From an uncultured Chlamydiae bacterium (lineage in GTDB: Bacteria; Chlamydiota; Chlamydiia; Chlamydiales; JAJFMB01), in contig CAVOJR010000001.1 in the NCBI GenBank assembly GCA_963696295.1, positions 640,001-704,000 of the forward strand: a stretch of DNA of 64,000 bases, written 5' to 3'. A model generated the notes under the pieces. That model was not told where the DNA came from. It saw only the letters and a program-made list of their open reading frames with translations, and made no database searches. How positions within the stretch are numbered: the stretch's first letter is position 1; every line of letters starts with the position of its first letter. Made by a program: the position numbers and the translations under genes. This document shows, piece after piece, positions 1 through 9,160 of the stretch.

Positions 1-972
1 GCAAATTGCCCCAGGAACAACCTGATTTTATGGATCGCGAATCTTTTAGAGAATGAAGAACCTATTTCAAAGGCTCAATTTCAAGAAATCAAGGAATTTT
101 TACTTAATTCCAACCCCCTTTACGAAAATACTCCCTTCCAATCGTTGATGAGAAAGGAAAATTGCAATAAATTATTTGACCGGTTCATCTCCCTCATCGA
201 TAACGATGACTTAAACGCCCATCAAGATTGGAAAAGGCAAGTGCTCTGTTTTGCCTTCTCCGATAAACGGTATCAAGAGCTTTTTTTAAAGGATGATGAG
301 GTCGAAGAGGATCTTTGCAGCCAGTTCGAATCATTAGGGATCTCTCAAATCGACCATTCCAGTAACTATCCGCAATGGTTATCTGAGAGAAGAAAAAGCT
401 CAGGAACTTTAACCACCCCCACTAAAGAGAGGGAAAAATGCATTGCCAACTGGGATAAGGCCAATGCTTTTATCCTTCAATTGGCAAAAAATAAAAGTCC
501 CCTTTGTATGGATACGATCATAACTTTGCACAAATTGCTGACCGAAGGGGAGCAGGATGTAGATCATCCCGGAATCACAAGAGACCAGCTGGATTGCGTG
601 GTAAAACTTTCTGGCAGCTGGAGAAACCTCCCCTGCCCTCCGGAAAAATTAACATGGCATATCAGACGCTTTGATCATTGGATGAAAGAGCAATTCGACC
701 TCTGCGATCAGGGAAAAAAAGACCCTATCCTCTTTGCCGGCCAGGCGTATCAGCGCTTTGTCTCGCTGCACCCCTTTGAAAACGGCAATGGAAGAACAGG
801 CCGTTCCGTAATGGATTATATTCTGGAAAGGTACGGGCTCCCCCCTCCGGTCTTAGGGGATGACCTGTTTGTTATCGTTTACCCTTTAGATCCCGCTTCA
901 AAAAAATCCAACGTATTTATACACAAATTAGTAATGGGGATTAAAACAAGCTATTCCATGTTAAATGCTTGA
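1..972 (+). CDS. Fic-domain protein (C-terminal Fic); 5' end lies outside the window
   Basis: Canonical Fic motif HPFENGNGRTGR; frame is open from base 1, so the track start at 145 is not the true start. Confidence 0.88.
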   Translation, partial: ANCPRNNLILWIANLLENEEPISKAQFQEIKEFLLNSNPLYENTPFQSLMRKENCNKLFDRFISLIDNDDLNAHQDWKRQVLCFAFSDKRYQELFLKDDEVEEDLCSQFESLGISQIDHSSNYPQWLSERRKSSGTLTTPTKEREKCIANWDKANAFILQLAKNKSPLCMDTIITLHKLLTEGEQDVDHPGITRDQLDCVVKLSGSWRNLPCPPEKLTWHIRRFDHWMKEQFDLCDQGKKDPILFAGQAYQRFVSLHPFENGNGRTGRSVMDYILERYGLPPPVLGDDLFVIVYPLDPASKKSNVFIHKLVMGIKTSYSMLNA

Positions 973-1017
973 TTACATTAACTAAAATAAGGTAAACTTA
1001 ACCGGTTTTTTCAAAGG

Positions 1018-1653
1018 ATGAAGGGTATGATAAACGGCCACAATATTCGCTTTCTGACAGAGAGCAATGGAATTGAAGATATTAAAGAAATTGATTACCG
1101 CAATCCCCAATACCAGCAAGCGGGAAAGGGGCATTTCGGGGCCTTTATCCTCTCCCAGGAAAGCGCTTCAAAGAAAGAACCTCTCACTGTAAAAATGATC
1201 AGGACCTGGCAACGGCTAATCACCGAAGAACAGCTCCCCTTTGGCTATCACCTGGAAAACGAAGCCGTAGGCCACATTCGACATATGGCAAATCCGGTCA
1301 ATGTGCGGATCGGCAAACATATTCCCCCCTCTTATGAGGATGTGCCCACCCTTTTAGACGCCCTGGTGGAAAAAATCAACGAAAGTCTAAAAAATCGGGA
1401 ACAATTTAAAGATGACACGGCCTTTTGCGAATTTCTCGGCACCTCATTCTTCAAATACGAATGGATCCATCCTTTTGCCGACGGCAATGGACGTAGCGGC
1501 CGCCTGCTGGCCAATTACATCGCCGCTTTTTGCGACCGCCCCATCATCGTTTTTGAATCTGAGATGATTGAGCGAAACCGCTATTACGCGGCCCACGAGT
1601 CAGCCGAAAAGATGCAGTCTTTCATGGCCACAAAAGTCAAATCAGACGTATAA
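1018..1653 (+). CDS. Fic family protein, class II-like
   Basis: HPFADGNGRSGR; N-terminal ESNGIED resembles the (S/T)xxxE(G/N) inhibitory helix. Confidence 0.88.
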   Translation: MKGMINGHNIRFLTESNGIEDIKEIDYRNPQYQQAGKGHFGAFILSQESASKKEPLTVKMIRTWQRLITEEQLPFGYHLENEAVGHIRHMANPVNVRIGKHIPPSYEDVPTLLDALVEKINESLKNREQFKDDTAFCEFLGTSFFKYEWIHPFADGNGRSGRLLANYIAAFCDRPIIVFESEMIERNRYYAAHESAEKMQSFMATKVKSDV

Positions 1654-1793
1654 AATGCTGCTTTTGTGAAAAACTTTGCCCGCCATAAACCCACCAAGGC
1701 AATTTCCTGGATGATCTCTCTCAGCGCGCGATCCAAACTTAGAGGATCTTGCGCGTTGTAACGGGCAAGCATTTGCCGGGCAGCCTCATTCAT
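1650..1793 (-). pseudogene. Truncated AbiEii-type nucleotidyltransferase toxin (about 48 N-terminal codons)
   Basis: ALREIIQEIALVGLWRAKFFTKAAFY matches AbiEii N-termini, but similarity stops just before the expected GGT motif, where it meets the Fic stop; overlaps the antitoxin stop. Confidence 0.8.
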
Positions 1794-2433
1794 TTTCTAG
1801 CCTTTTAATAAAAGTAATCAGGTGCTCAATAGCGCTATGGGGAGAAGCAGCGCAAATTTCTTCTAAAAGAGAAATATTTAGCCCTCGTAAATCATCAGAT
1901 TCTATGCGTAAATCCTCAAGCAAGATAACCTCAATCTCTTTTTGGGAGCGAACTTTGCCTCGCCGAAGTCGAAGAAAATCGGCAAGGGCTTTCTCCTTAG
2001 AGGCGATTAGAGCGTGTTCTCCTCCCGGCTGCTCCAGCCAGATGATACCTTTTGGATAGGCAACGCGACTGAGGTGATCAAAGGTGAAAAGTCCCAAAGG
2101 AGTGTCGTAGCGGCATTTGTCTTTGGTCGTGATGCTGGTAACGGTGGAGGTGAATTCGGGTATCAATCCATAATAACTTAAGGCCCACTCGAGCGATACG
2201 TAGGAAGGCCCCATCATTTTATTGGCAATAACCGGAAGAGAAAGAAGAGATTTACGAAAGAAAGGGGCAAAAACATACAGATCCCTTTTCAGGCTGATAA
2301 GGGCTTCTTGTTTGAGCAAACGGGTCAATTTTGCATCAGGATTCTTCCATTCTCGTAGGCAATCCATCACAAAAGCGTGGTTGAGCTCGTTAGATTTTGT
2401 CCTTTCGCGCAAGATTTTCATAGCGGGGTCCAT
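1786..2433 (-). CDS. AbiEi-like type IV TA antitoxin / transcriptional regulator
   Basis: PSYVSLEWALSYYGLIPE and ASKEKALADF motifs; GGAGG RBS; lies upstream of the AbiEii fragment. Confidence 0.8.
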   Translation of the reverse strand: MDPAMKILRERTKSNELNHAFVMDCLREWKNPDAKLTRLLKQEALISLKRDLYVFAPFFRKSLLSLPVIANKMMGPSYVSLEWALSYYGLIPEFTSTVTSITTKDKCRYDTPLGLFTFDHLSRVAYPKGIIWLEQPGGEHALIASKEKALADFLRLRRGKVRSQKEIEVILLEDLRIESDDLRGLNISLLEEICAASPHSAIEHLITFIKRLENE

Positions 2434-2509
2434 AAATCCTCCAATAATATCGAATTATAATAGTTTCCCGCTATATTTGTACGTAGAAAATGATTTAGAC
2501 AATTAAATT

Positions 2510-4219
2510 TTATAAAAGCCTAATAAACTCTCCCACATCCGCTGCCGCACTGTCGATCGCCCCTTGCCAAAAGGAGCTCTCCGTCAAATCCACTCCCAGA
2601 TGCTTCTTTGCCAGCTCCTCCGTCTTCATCCGCCCTGTGTCTTGCAGAAGAGCGATGTATTTCTCCTCAAAAGAGGCGGGATCCTTCATCAGCTCCTTAT
2701 AGATGCCGATCGAAAAGAGATAACCGAAGGTATAAGGGAAATTGTAGAAGGGGACGCTCGTCAAATAAAAATGGAGTTTGGTGGCCCAAAACAGAGGGTT
2801 ATATTCCTCCAGACTGTCGCAATAGGCCTCTTTTAATGCGTCCGTCATCATTTCGCTCAAACGCTCAGGAAGAATAAATCCTTTAGCCCGCTCCTCATAA
2901 AACCTTGTTTCAAAGAGAAAGCGCGCATGCAGGTTCATCAGATAGATGATGGTTTTGTTCAATTTATCATGCAATAAAGCGATTTTTTCCTCCCTCGTTT
3001 TAGCGGCTTTGCAGGCCGCCTCCGCAACAATCATTTCGGCCATGGTGGAGGCCGTTTCGGCGACATTCATGGCGTATTTTTGATTGAAGTAAGAGAGAGG
3101 AAAGCAGCAGCTCGCATGAAAGCCATGTCCCAGCTCATGCGCGAGAGTCACCACATTGGAAACGGTGTTGGAGTAGGTCATAAACACCCTCACCTGCTTG
3201 CTTTTAGGGAAGTTTGTGCAGAAGCCTCCGGGCTGTTTATCTTTTCTGTCCTCCGCCTCTACCCAGGCGGAATCGAGCGCTTTTTTGGCAAATTGCGCCA
3301 TTTTCGGGCTGACTTCGTGAAAATGCTTTACTATGAAGGCCGCGCCCTCCTCATAGGGGATTTCCCCTTTTTCCTGCCCAAGAGGCGCCTCAAGGTCATA
3401 CCAGGAGAGTTTTTCCAATCCGAGCAGCTTCGCTTTCGCTTTGAGAAAATCGATAAACCGCCCCCGGTTCTTAGCTACCGCGTCCCACATGGCGCTTAAT
3501 GTCTTTTCCGAAATGCGGTTATAGTCGCACGGCTCTTCGAGCACTTTCCAGCCTCTGGCCTGATACATTTTCAGGCGAAAGCCGCTGATGTGGTTCAAGA
3601 GGGAGGCAAAGTGGTTCTCCTTCTCCTTATATGTGGAGAGATAGACAGCGGCGGCCTCTTTTCTTAAATGACGCTCCTTTTTGGAGAAGGCGTTTTCAAT
3701 CTGCCCCTGGGACAAATTCTCCTTTTGAAAGGGAAAGGTCATCGCATCGACCAACGTATCGCGAAAGTTAGACCAGGCGTGATAACCATCTACCGAGAGA
3801 TCCTCAATCAGCGACTCCTTATCGGAAGAGAGGCGCTTTTTAGCCAATTGCCTCCGCTCTCGCAGGACATAGAGCAAATCACTCGCACCAAACAGAGATT
3901 CAAATTCCGCATCGGAGAGCCTGTTGAGTTTCTCATCCAGCAAATTTTTAACCTTGGTAGACTCGGCATAGATAGAGGAAATTCTCGCCTGAAGCTCTTT
4001 GGCTTTTACATCCTTGACATCTTGCGCGGCAAGGCAGCCGACATAAGCGCTAGCCTCCGTCAGATCGCGCTGCAGATTTTGCGATTCTATCAGCCCATTT
4101 GGCAAATCCATTTCCGCTATCTTGGAAAGCCCTTTTTCTATCTGATCGAGCAATCGCGCCAATTCAGCGGAACTGCTGCCGCCGGTAAAAATCGTATCTA
4201 AAGTCCAAACTTGTTTCAT
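2510..4219 (-). CDS. pepF: M3B oligoendopeptidase F
   Basis: TLAHELGH zinc motif, AETAS, FYNFPYTFG. Confidence 0.9.
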   Translation of the reverse strand: MKQVWTLDTIFTGGSSSAELARLLDQIEKGLSKIAEMDLPNGLIESQNLQRDLTEASAYVGCLAAQDVKDVKAKELQARISSIYAESTKVKNLLDEKLNRLSDAEFESLFGASDLLYVLRERRQLAKKRLSSDKESLIEDLSVDGYHAWSNFRDTLVDAMTFPFQKENLSQGQIENAFSKKERHLRKEAAAVYLSTYKEKENHFASLLNHISGFRLKMYQARGWKVLEEPCDYNRISEKTLSAMWDAVAKNRGRFIDFLKAKAKLLGLEKLSWYDLEAPLGQEKGEIPYEEGAAFIVKHFHEVSPKMAQFAKKALDSAWVEAEDRKDKQPGGFCTNFPKSKQVRVFMTYSNTVSNVVTLAHELGHGFHASCCFPLSYFNQKYAMNVAETASTMAEMIVAEAACKAAKTREEKIALLHDKLNKTIIYLMNLHARFLFETRFYEERAKGFILPERLSEMMTDALKEAYCDSLEEYNPLFWATKLHFYLTSVPFYNFPYTFGYLFSIGIYKELMKDPASFEEKYIALLQDTGRMKTEELAKKHLGVDLTESSFWQGAIDSAAADVGEFIRLL

Positions 4220-4222
4220 AAG

Positions 4223-7200
4223 CTATTTCTCCTCCTCGATGTATTGCAGGAGCTCGAGGATCTCTTCCCTGTTGAATTGCTTGATGATCTGATGATCGTC
4301 CAGGCCGATGATATCCTCCATCAGCTTCCCTTTGCGCTGGATCATGAGATCGATCCGCTCCTCAAAGGTGCCCTTCGTGATCAGTTTGAAGACCTGCACG
4401 CCGCGGGTCTGGCCGATCCGGTGGATCCGGTCGGTGGCCTGATTTTCCCGGGCGGCATTCCACCACCGGTCGTAATGGATGACGACGGAAGCCGCTGTGA
4501 GATCGATGCCAAGGCCGGCAGCCTGCAGCGAGCCGACAAAAACACGGCAGTCCTTATCCTGATTGAAGCGCTGGATCTCCTCCCCTCTATTGCGCGTGGC
4601 CCCCCGGATGGAGGCATAGTCGATTCCCTGCTCCGTCAGATAGCTTTCGATGATATCCAGCATGATGAGGTATTGGGAATAAACCACGACTTTCTGCTGG
4701 GAATCCAAAGCTTCATGCAGCAGCTCGACAAAAAGATCCCATTTGCCCGACTGATACTGGCTGTAGTCTTCGCCTTCTTTTAAAAATACGGCCGGATGGT
4801 CGCAAATCTGCTTGAGATTGGAGAGGATGGCGAATATGTGGATATAAGGGATCGGCGTCGCGTTGCTTTGTAACTCCTCGACGATATGGGACTGCGACTT
4901 TTGAATCACATCCAGATAAAGCATTTTTTGATCAGGGGAGAGATCGCAGAAAAACGTTTCTTCCGTTTTGGCGGGCAAATCGACCAGGACTTCCTCTTTC
5001 CTGCGCCTGAGGATGAACGGGTTGATGTAGCGCCTTAGCAGCTGCATTCTTTGAGGATTCTCTTCCCGCTCGATTGGCTTTATAAAAATTCTGCGGTAGT
5101 CGGCGTGATTGGGCATATAGGTCGGCAAAACCAGATCGAACAACGACTTGAGTTCGCGCAAGTAGTTTTCAATCGGCGTTCCGGTCAAGCCAAGCCGCAT
5201 ATCCGCTTTCACTTGCGCCAGAGAGTGATGGATGCGGCTGTTATGATTCTTGGCGATCTGCGCTTCATCGAATATGGCAAGATCAAAGGGGATCTGCTTG
5301 AGCAGTTCTGTTTCTATGCGCCAAACCCCGTAGGAAGTCAGCAAAATATCGTAATTTTCCTGAAATTCGGTCAAACTTCTCTGCGATCCATAAAAGGTGC
5401 ACACTTTAAGATGAGGCAAAAATTGGGCTAATTTTTCCTGCCAGTGATAAAGGACAGAAGTCGGGCAGACGATGAGGAAGTGGGGATTTTGATCGCCGAG
5501 ACTATTCTTGATAGCAGCCATCAATGCCATCGATTGATGCGTTTTTCCAAGCCCCATGTCATCGCAGAGCAGCCCCGATAAGCTATGCTGATAGAGAAAC
5601 CAAAGCCATTTTACTCCGATGATTTGATAGGGGCGCAGCGAACTTTTCAGTCCAGTCAAATCGGGGTCTTCGGGAGTTTGAAATTCGGTCAGCTCCTGGA
5701 TGAGGTTTTTGGGCTGCAAAACGCGGATTTCGTCGAAAATATTCAACTTGATCAATTCGAGGCTATTTAGCTCCAGAAACTGCTCCGGGGGAGTGTAGCG
5801 GCTCTCATTCAAGGCCTTCAGCCAATCAAAACGGCTCTCTTCCAGGTCAATCAAACCGGCTTCCGAAAAAACAAAACGTTTTTTCTCCAGCTTGGCCGTC
5901 ACCAGATCGGTGGCCAAAACCGCTCCCCAGCCCGATTGATAGCGCAAGCGCAGCCGGTACCAGCCCTTCCCTTTCTCAGTGTCTCTTATAATCTCTTCGG
6001 CCACTAAAGAGAGATCCTCGGGGGCCAGAAGGCGATGATCGATATAGCTTGCGTAGCGCTTCAGGGAATTGAGTTCATAGGAGAAAAAAGAAACAAAGTT
6101 ATCCGGTTCCAGCTCCATTTCATGCCGGAACCGCTCAGGCAGGCGCATTTCAGCGGGCAGTTCGTAAAAACCCTCTCCATCGACATAGACGAAATCATCG
6201 AAAAACAAAACATTGGAATCGCGAAATTCCGGGTAGAGGGAGTACACGGGCTTGATCAAAATGGTCTCTTCATCGCTCAATTCCACGCGCACGCCGACAT
6301 GGCCCACAGGGCAGCGATCGTTGAAAAATCCGGCGATGGTTTCCAATTCTTCCCGGTTCTGTCTTAAAAAATTTCCAATTTGATCTTGTTTGATGATCAA
6401 ATCCTCATTAACCGGAGAGATGAGCTGTGAAGTGGATTTCGGGTAAAAGCCCCGGCCGGATATGTAGAGCAAAGAACCGAAATCGCGCGTGATCGTTTTC
6501 TCTTCAGCATCGGTGACTTGCATATGCTTTTTGAAAATCAGGGAACGGTCGCTGGTTACGCGATAGGTAAAGAACGATTCAATGCTCGTTAAATGGGTAT
6601 GAAACCCTTCGCAATGATTTAAAAAACCGCGATGCAGCCGCACAAAGTCGGCCACTTCTTCCTTGGGGATCATAAAATCGATTTGATCAAAACGGCGCTC
6701 TTCTACGGGAAAAAAGCCCTTCTCCTCCAGATAAACCCAATGACCGAAATCGCGTACGTCACCTCTGCTCAAATCCCCCTTCGCATGCAGATAGCTGACG
6801 ATATGCAGGTTCCATTCCTGATCGAAAGAAACGGTGTAAGAGAATTTTAAAGGGGTTGAAGGATGGATGGCCTCCCCTTGCAGCAAGCCTTGCACCACAT
6901 CGAGATGCTTGTCAAAAAGCTCGCTGATCTGCTTGCCGTACCATCTGATTTTGCCCATCATGGCGTGCTGTTTGAGAGGATAAAAGCCGTCATCCGGAAC
7001 AAACAGCCATTCATCGAAGGCAACCCCCTTTTTGGCCTCCACGTCGACCCCCTGCACCGGAGTGATGACCAGACAGGCGCTGGATCTGTCATAGGTGATC
7101 GACTGGATCAGCTCCTCTTGCACCTGATGGACTTTCAATGGGGAATCCACGGTCGCGAGAGCAGGGATGACTTTGGAGAGTTCCTCTTTAAAAAGATGAA

Positions 7201-7918
7201 ACCCGAGCTCCACTTCATCAAAGGAGAGGCTGATCCAATTGGGCAGCTGATCGCTGCCGTATTCGAACCGAACCTCATATTTTTTTTTCTCATCCTGCAA
7301 AAGCATCAGCCACTTTGCGATATCGTTCCAGTAAGACAATTCATAGAGAAGGCGCGACCCGGGACGCCCTTCCCGCCAGCTGGCGAGCTCTTCTTGGGTC
7401 AGATTGGAAAATTTCAGCGAAGTTTCTTCTGTTTCGCGCCGGCGGAAATCGATCATCTCTTTTAATTGTTGCACTGCCTTAGGCGTCTTTCCCTGGATAA
7501 AGCAAATTAGCTGCCGCTGTTCGTCGATATAGGTATATTTGCCCTTGCCGTCCGAGGCGAGATTATCGGGATGCACTCCGATCCGGTCGGCAAACAGCCT
7601 TAAAATTTTATTCCAGAGAGAATTATGGAAGCGCTCATGCAAGGGCTTGCGGTGGCCGCTGTAGATGCGCAGGAAAGCGCATGCTAAATGGACGCAAGAT
7701 GGCTTAGCCTCCGGCGTCTCGCAAGAACAAAAGCAGTCGCGGATCTGCCCCCGTTTATCGAGTTGGATAAAAGCCCATACCCCTTGATCGGCTGCAGGAT
7801 CCATCACCTGCACCTGATAGGTGCTGCCGGCAAATTCGACATCCCTGACTCTATTTTGCCGCAGGTATTCTTCAGCAAGGGATTGATAAGCTTTTAAAAA
7901 ATCGGGTAGTGGTGTCAT
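4223..7918 (-). CDS. SWIM zinc-finger SNF2-family helicase
   Basis: CSC...CVH SWIM; CDDMGLGKT, DEAQ, TGTPIEN, QATDRIHRIGQ. Confidence 0.92.
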   Translation of the reverse strand: MTPLPDFLKAYQSLAEEYLRQNRVRDVEFAGSTYQVQVMDPAADQGVWAFIQLDKRGQIRDCFCSCETPEAKPSCVHLACAFLRIYSGHRKPLHERFHNSLWNKILRLFADRIGVHPDNLASDGKGKYTYIDEQRQLICFIQGKTPKAVQQLKEMIDFRRRETEETSLKFSNLTQEELASWREGRPGSRLLYELSYWNDIAKWLMLLQDEKKKYEVRFEYGSDQLPNWISLSFDEVELGFHLFKEELSKVIPALATVDSPLKVHQVQEELIQSITYDRSSACLVITPVQGVDVEAKKGVAFDEWLFVPDDGFYPLKQHAMMGKIRWYGKQISELFDKHLDVVQGLLQGEAIHPSTPLKFSYTVSFDQEWNLHIVSYLHAKGDLSRGDVRDFGHWVYLEEKGFFPVEERRFDQIDFMIPKEEVADFVRLHRGFLNHCEGFHTHLTSIESFFTYRVTSDRSLIFKKHMQVTDAEEKTITRDFGSLLYISGRGFYPKSTSQLISPVNEDLIIKQDQIGNFLRQNREELETIAGFFNDRCPVGHVGVRVELSDEETILIKPVYSLYPEFRDSNVLFFDDFVYVDGEGFYELPAEMRLPERFRHEMELEPDNFVSFFSYELNSLKRYASYIDHRLLAPEDLSLVAEEIIRDTEKGKGWYRLRLRYQSGWGAVLATDLVTAKLEKKRFVFSEAGLIDLEESRFDWLKALNESRYTPPEQFLELNSLELIKLNIFDEIRVLQPKNLIQELTEFQTPEDPDLTGLKSSLRPYQIIGVKWLWFLYQHSLSGLLCDDMGLGKTHQSMALMAAIKNSLGDQNPHFLIVCPTSVLYHWQEKLAQFLPHLKVCTFYGSQRSLTEFQENYDILLTSYGVWRIETELLKQIPFDLAIFDEAQIAKNHNSRIHHSLAQVKADMRLGLTGTPIENYLRELKSLFDLVLPTYMPNHADYRRIFIKPIEREENPQRMQLLRRYINPFILRRRKEEVLVDLPAKTEETFFCDLSPDQKMLYLDVIQKSQSHIVEELQSNATPIPYIHIFAILSNLKQICDHPAVFLKEGEDYSQYQSGKWDLFVELLHEALDSQQKVVVYSQYLIMLDIIESYLTEQGIDYASIRGATRNRGEEIQRFNQDKDCRVFVGSLQAAGLGIDLTAASVVIHYDRWWNAARENQATDRIHRIGQTRGVQVFKLITKGTFEERIDLMIQRKGKLMEDIIGLDDHQIIKQFNREEILELLQYIEEEK

Positions 7919-9027
7919 TACAGCATTTTTGTCGGCTCGACATAGGCATAACCCAGATCGCTTGCCACATTTTCGTTAGTGACGTGACCGAGACAAACAT
8001 TCAATCCATCTCTTAAGCCCCTATCTTCCAGCAGCGCTTTGCGATAGCCCAAGTTCGCTATTTTCAAGGCGTCGGACATGGTCGCATTGGTAAGCGCCTG
8101 TGTGGCCGTGCGGGCGCATGCCCCCGGCATATTCGTCACGCAATAATGGATGACGCCGTCGACGACATAGGTGGGGTCGGTATGAGTCGTCGGTTTCGAG
8201 GTCTCTGTGCATCCCCCCTGGTCAATGGCCACATCGACAATCACCGAGCCGGGAGCCATGTTTTTCAGCATCTGCCTGGTGATCAGCTTGGGAGCGGTTT
8301 TGCCCGGAATGAGCACGGCGCCGATGACGAGATCGGCTTTTTCCAGCATATCCTCAATCGAAGAGGGAGAGGAATAAAGGGTTTTTAGGTTCGGACCAAA
8401 AAGGGAGTCTAATGTTCTCAAACGGTGGATGTCTCTATCCAATATGGTGACATTGGCTCCAAGCCCCATCGCCATTTTAGCCGCTTCAGTCCCTACGATC
8501 CCTCCGCCGATGATGACAACGGAAGCGGGAGTCACGCCGGGGACGCCGCCCAAGAGCATACCCTTTCCCCCATTATTCAACTGCAGACAGACAGCTCCAA
8601 CTTGAATGGAAATGCGCCCGGCGATCTCGCTCATCGGGATGAGCAGCGGCAGACGATTGTGTGCGTCAGTGACTGTTTCATAAGCGATGGCAACCACTTT
8701 GCTGGCTACCAGATGCTTAGTCTGCACTGGATCGGGAGCTAAATGCAGATAGCAAAAGAGAATCTGCCCTTCGCGAAGCAGCGGAAACTCGGAGGCTTGA
8801 GGCTCCTTTACTTTAATAATCATTTCCGCCGAATAGATTTCCTTAGCCGTGCTCATAATTTCGGCGCCGACTTGCCGAAACATCTCATCCGTGTAGCCGA
8901 TATTTGTGCCGGCGTCCCGCTGAACCATCACGCGATGTCCGGCCGCCACGAGCAGCCTGACCATCGCCGGAGTGGCGCCCATGCGAAATTCATTGTCTTT
9001 TATTTCTTTAGGTATTCCAATTAGCAT
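7918..9027 (-). CDS. ald: Alanine dehydrogenase
   Basis: GIPKEIKDNEFR, KVKEP, GGGIVG, DVAIDQGG, NMPG. Confidence 0.95.
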   Translation of the reverse strand: MLIGIPKEIKDNEFRMGATPAMVRLLVAAGHRVMVQRDAGTNIGYTDEMFRQVGAEIMSTAKEIYSAEMIIKVKEPQASEFPLLREGQILFCYLHLAPDPVQTKHLVASKVVAIAYETVTDAHNRLPLLIPMSEIAGRISIQVGAVCLQLNNGGKGMLLGGVPGVTPASVVIIGGGIVGTEAAKMAMGLGANVTILDRDIHRLRTLDSLFGPNLKTLYSSPSSIEDMLEKADLVIGAVLIPGKTAPKLITRQMLKNMAPGSVIVDVAIDQGGCTETSKPTTHTDPTYVVDGVIHYCVTNMPGACARTATQALTNATMSDALKIANLGYRKALLEDRGLRDGLNVCLGHVTNENVASDLGYAYVEPTKML

Positions 9028-9059
9028 TTCACCCTCATTTTAAATTGGGAAAAAAAGGC

Positions 9060-9151
9060 GGCTGTTGGTTTATTTCCGTCCACTTGGTATTTCGGAGCGA
9101 GTCCGCTGGTCGCAGCGCGAAAGACCACTGGACGAAATTAAACCAATAGCC
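9060..9151. repeat. Long imperfect palindrome (about 34-bp arms) between smc and ald
   Basis: GGCTGTTGGTTTATTTCCGTCCACTTGGTATTTCG ... CGAAAGACCACTGGACGAAATTAAACCAATAGCC; T7 tract close behind on the - strand. Confidence 0.75.
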
Positions 9152-9160
9152 AAAAAGACA

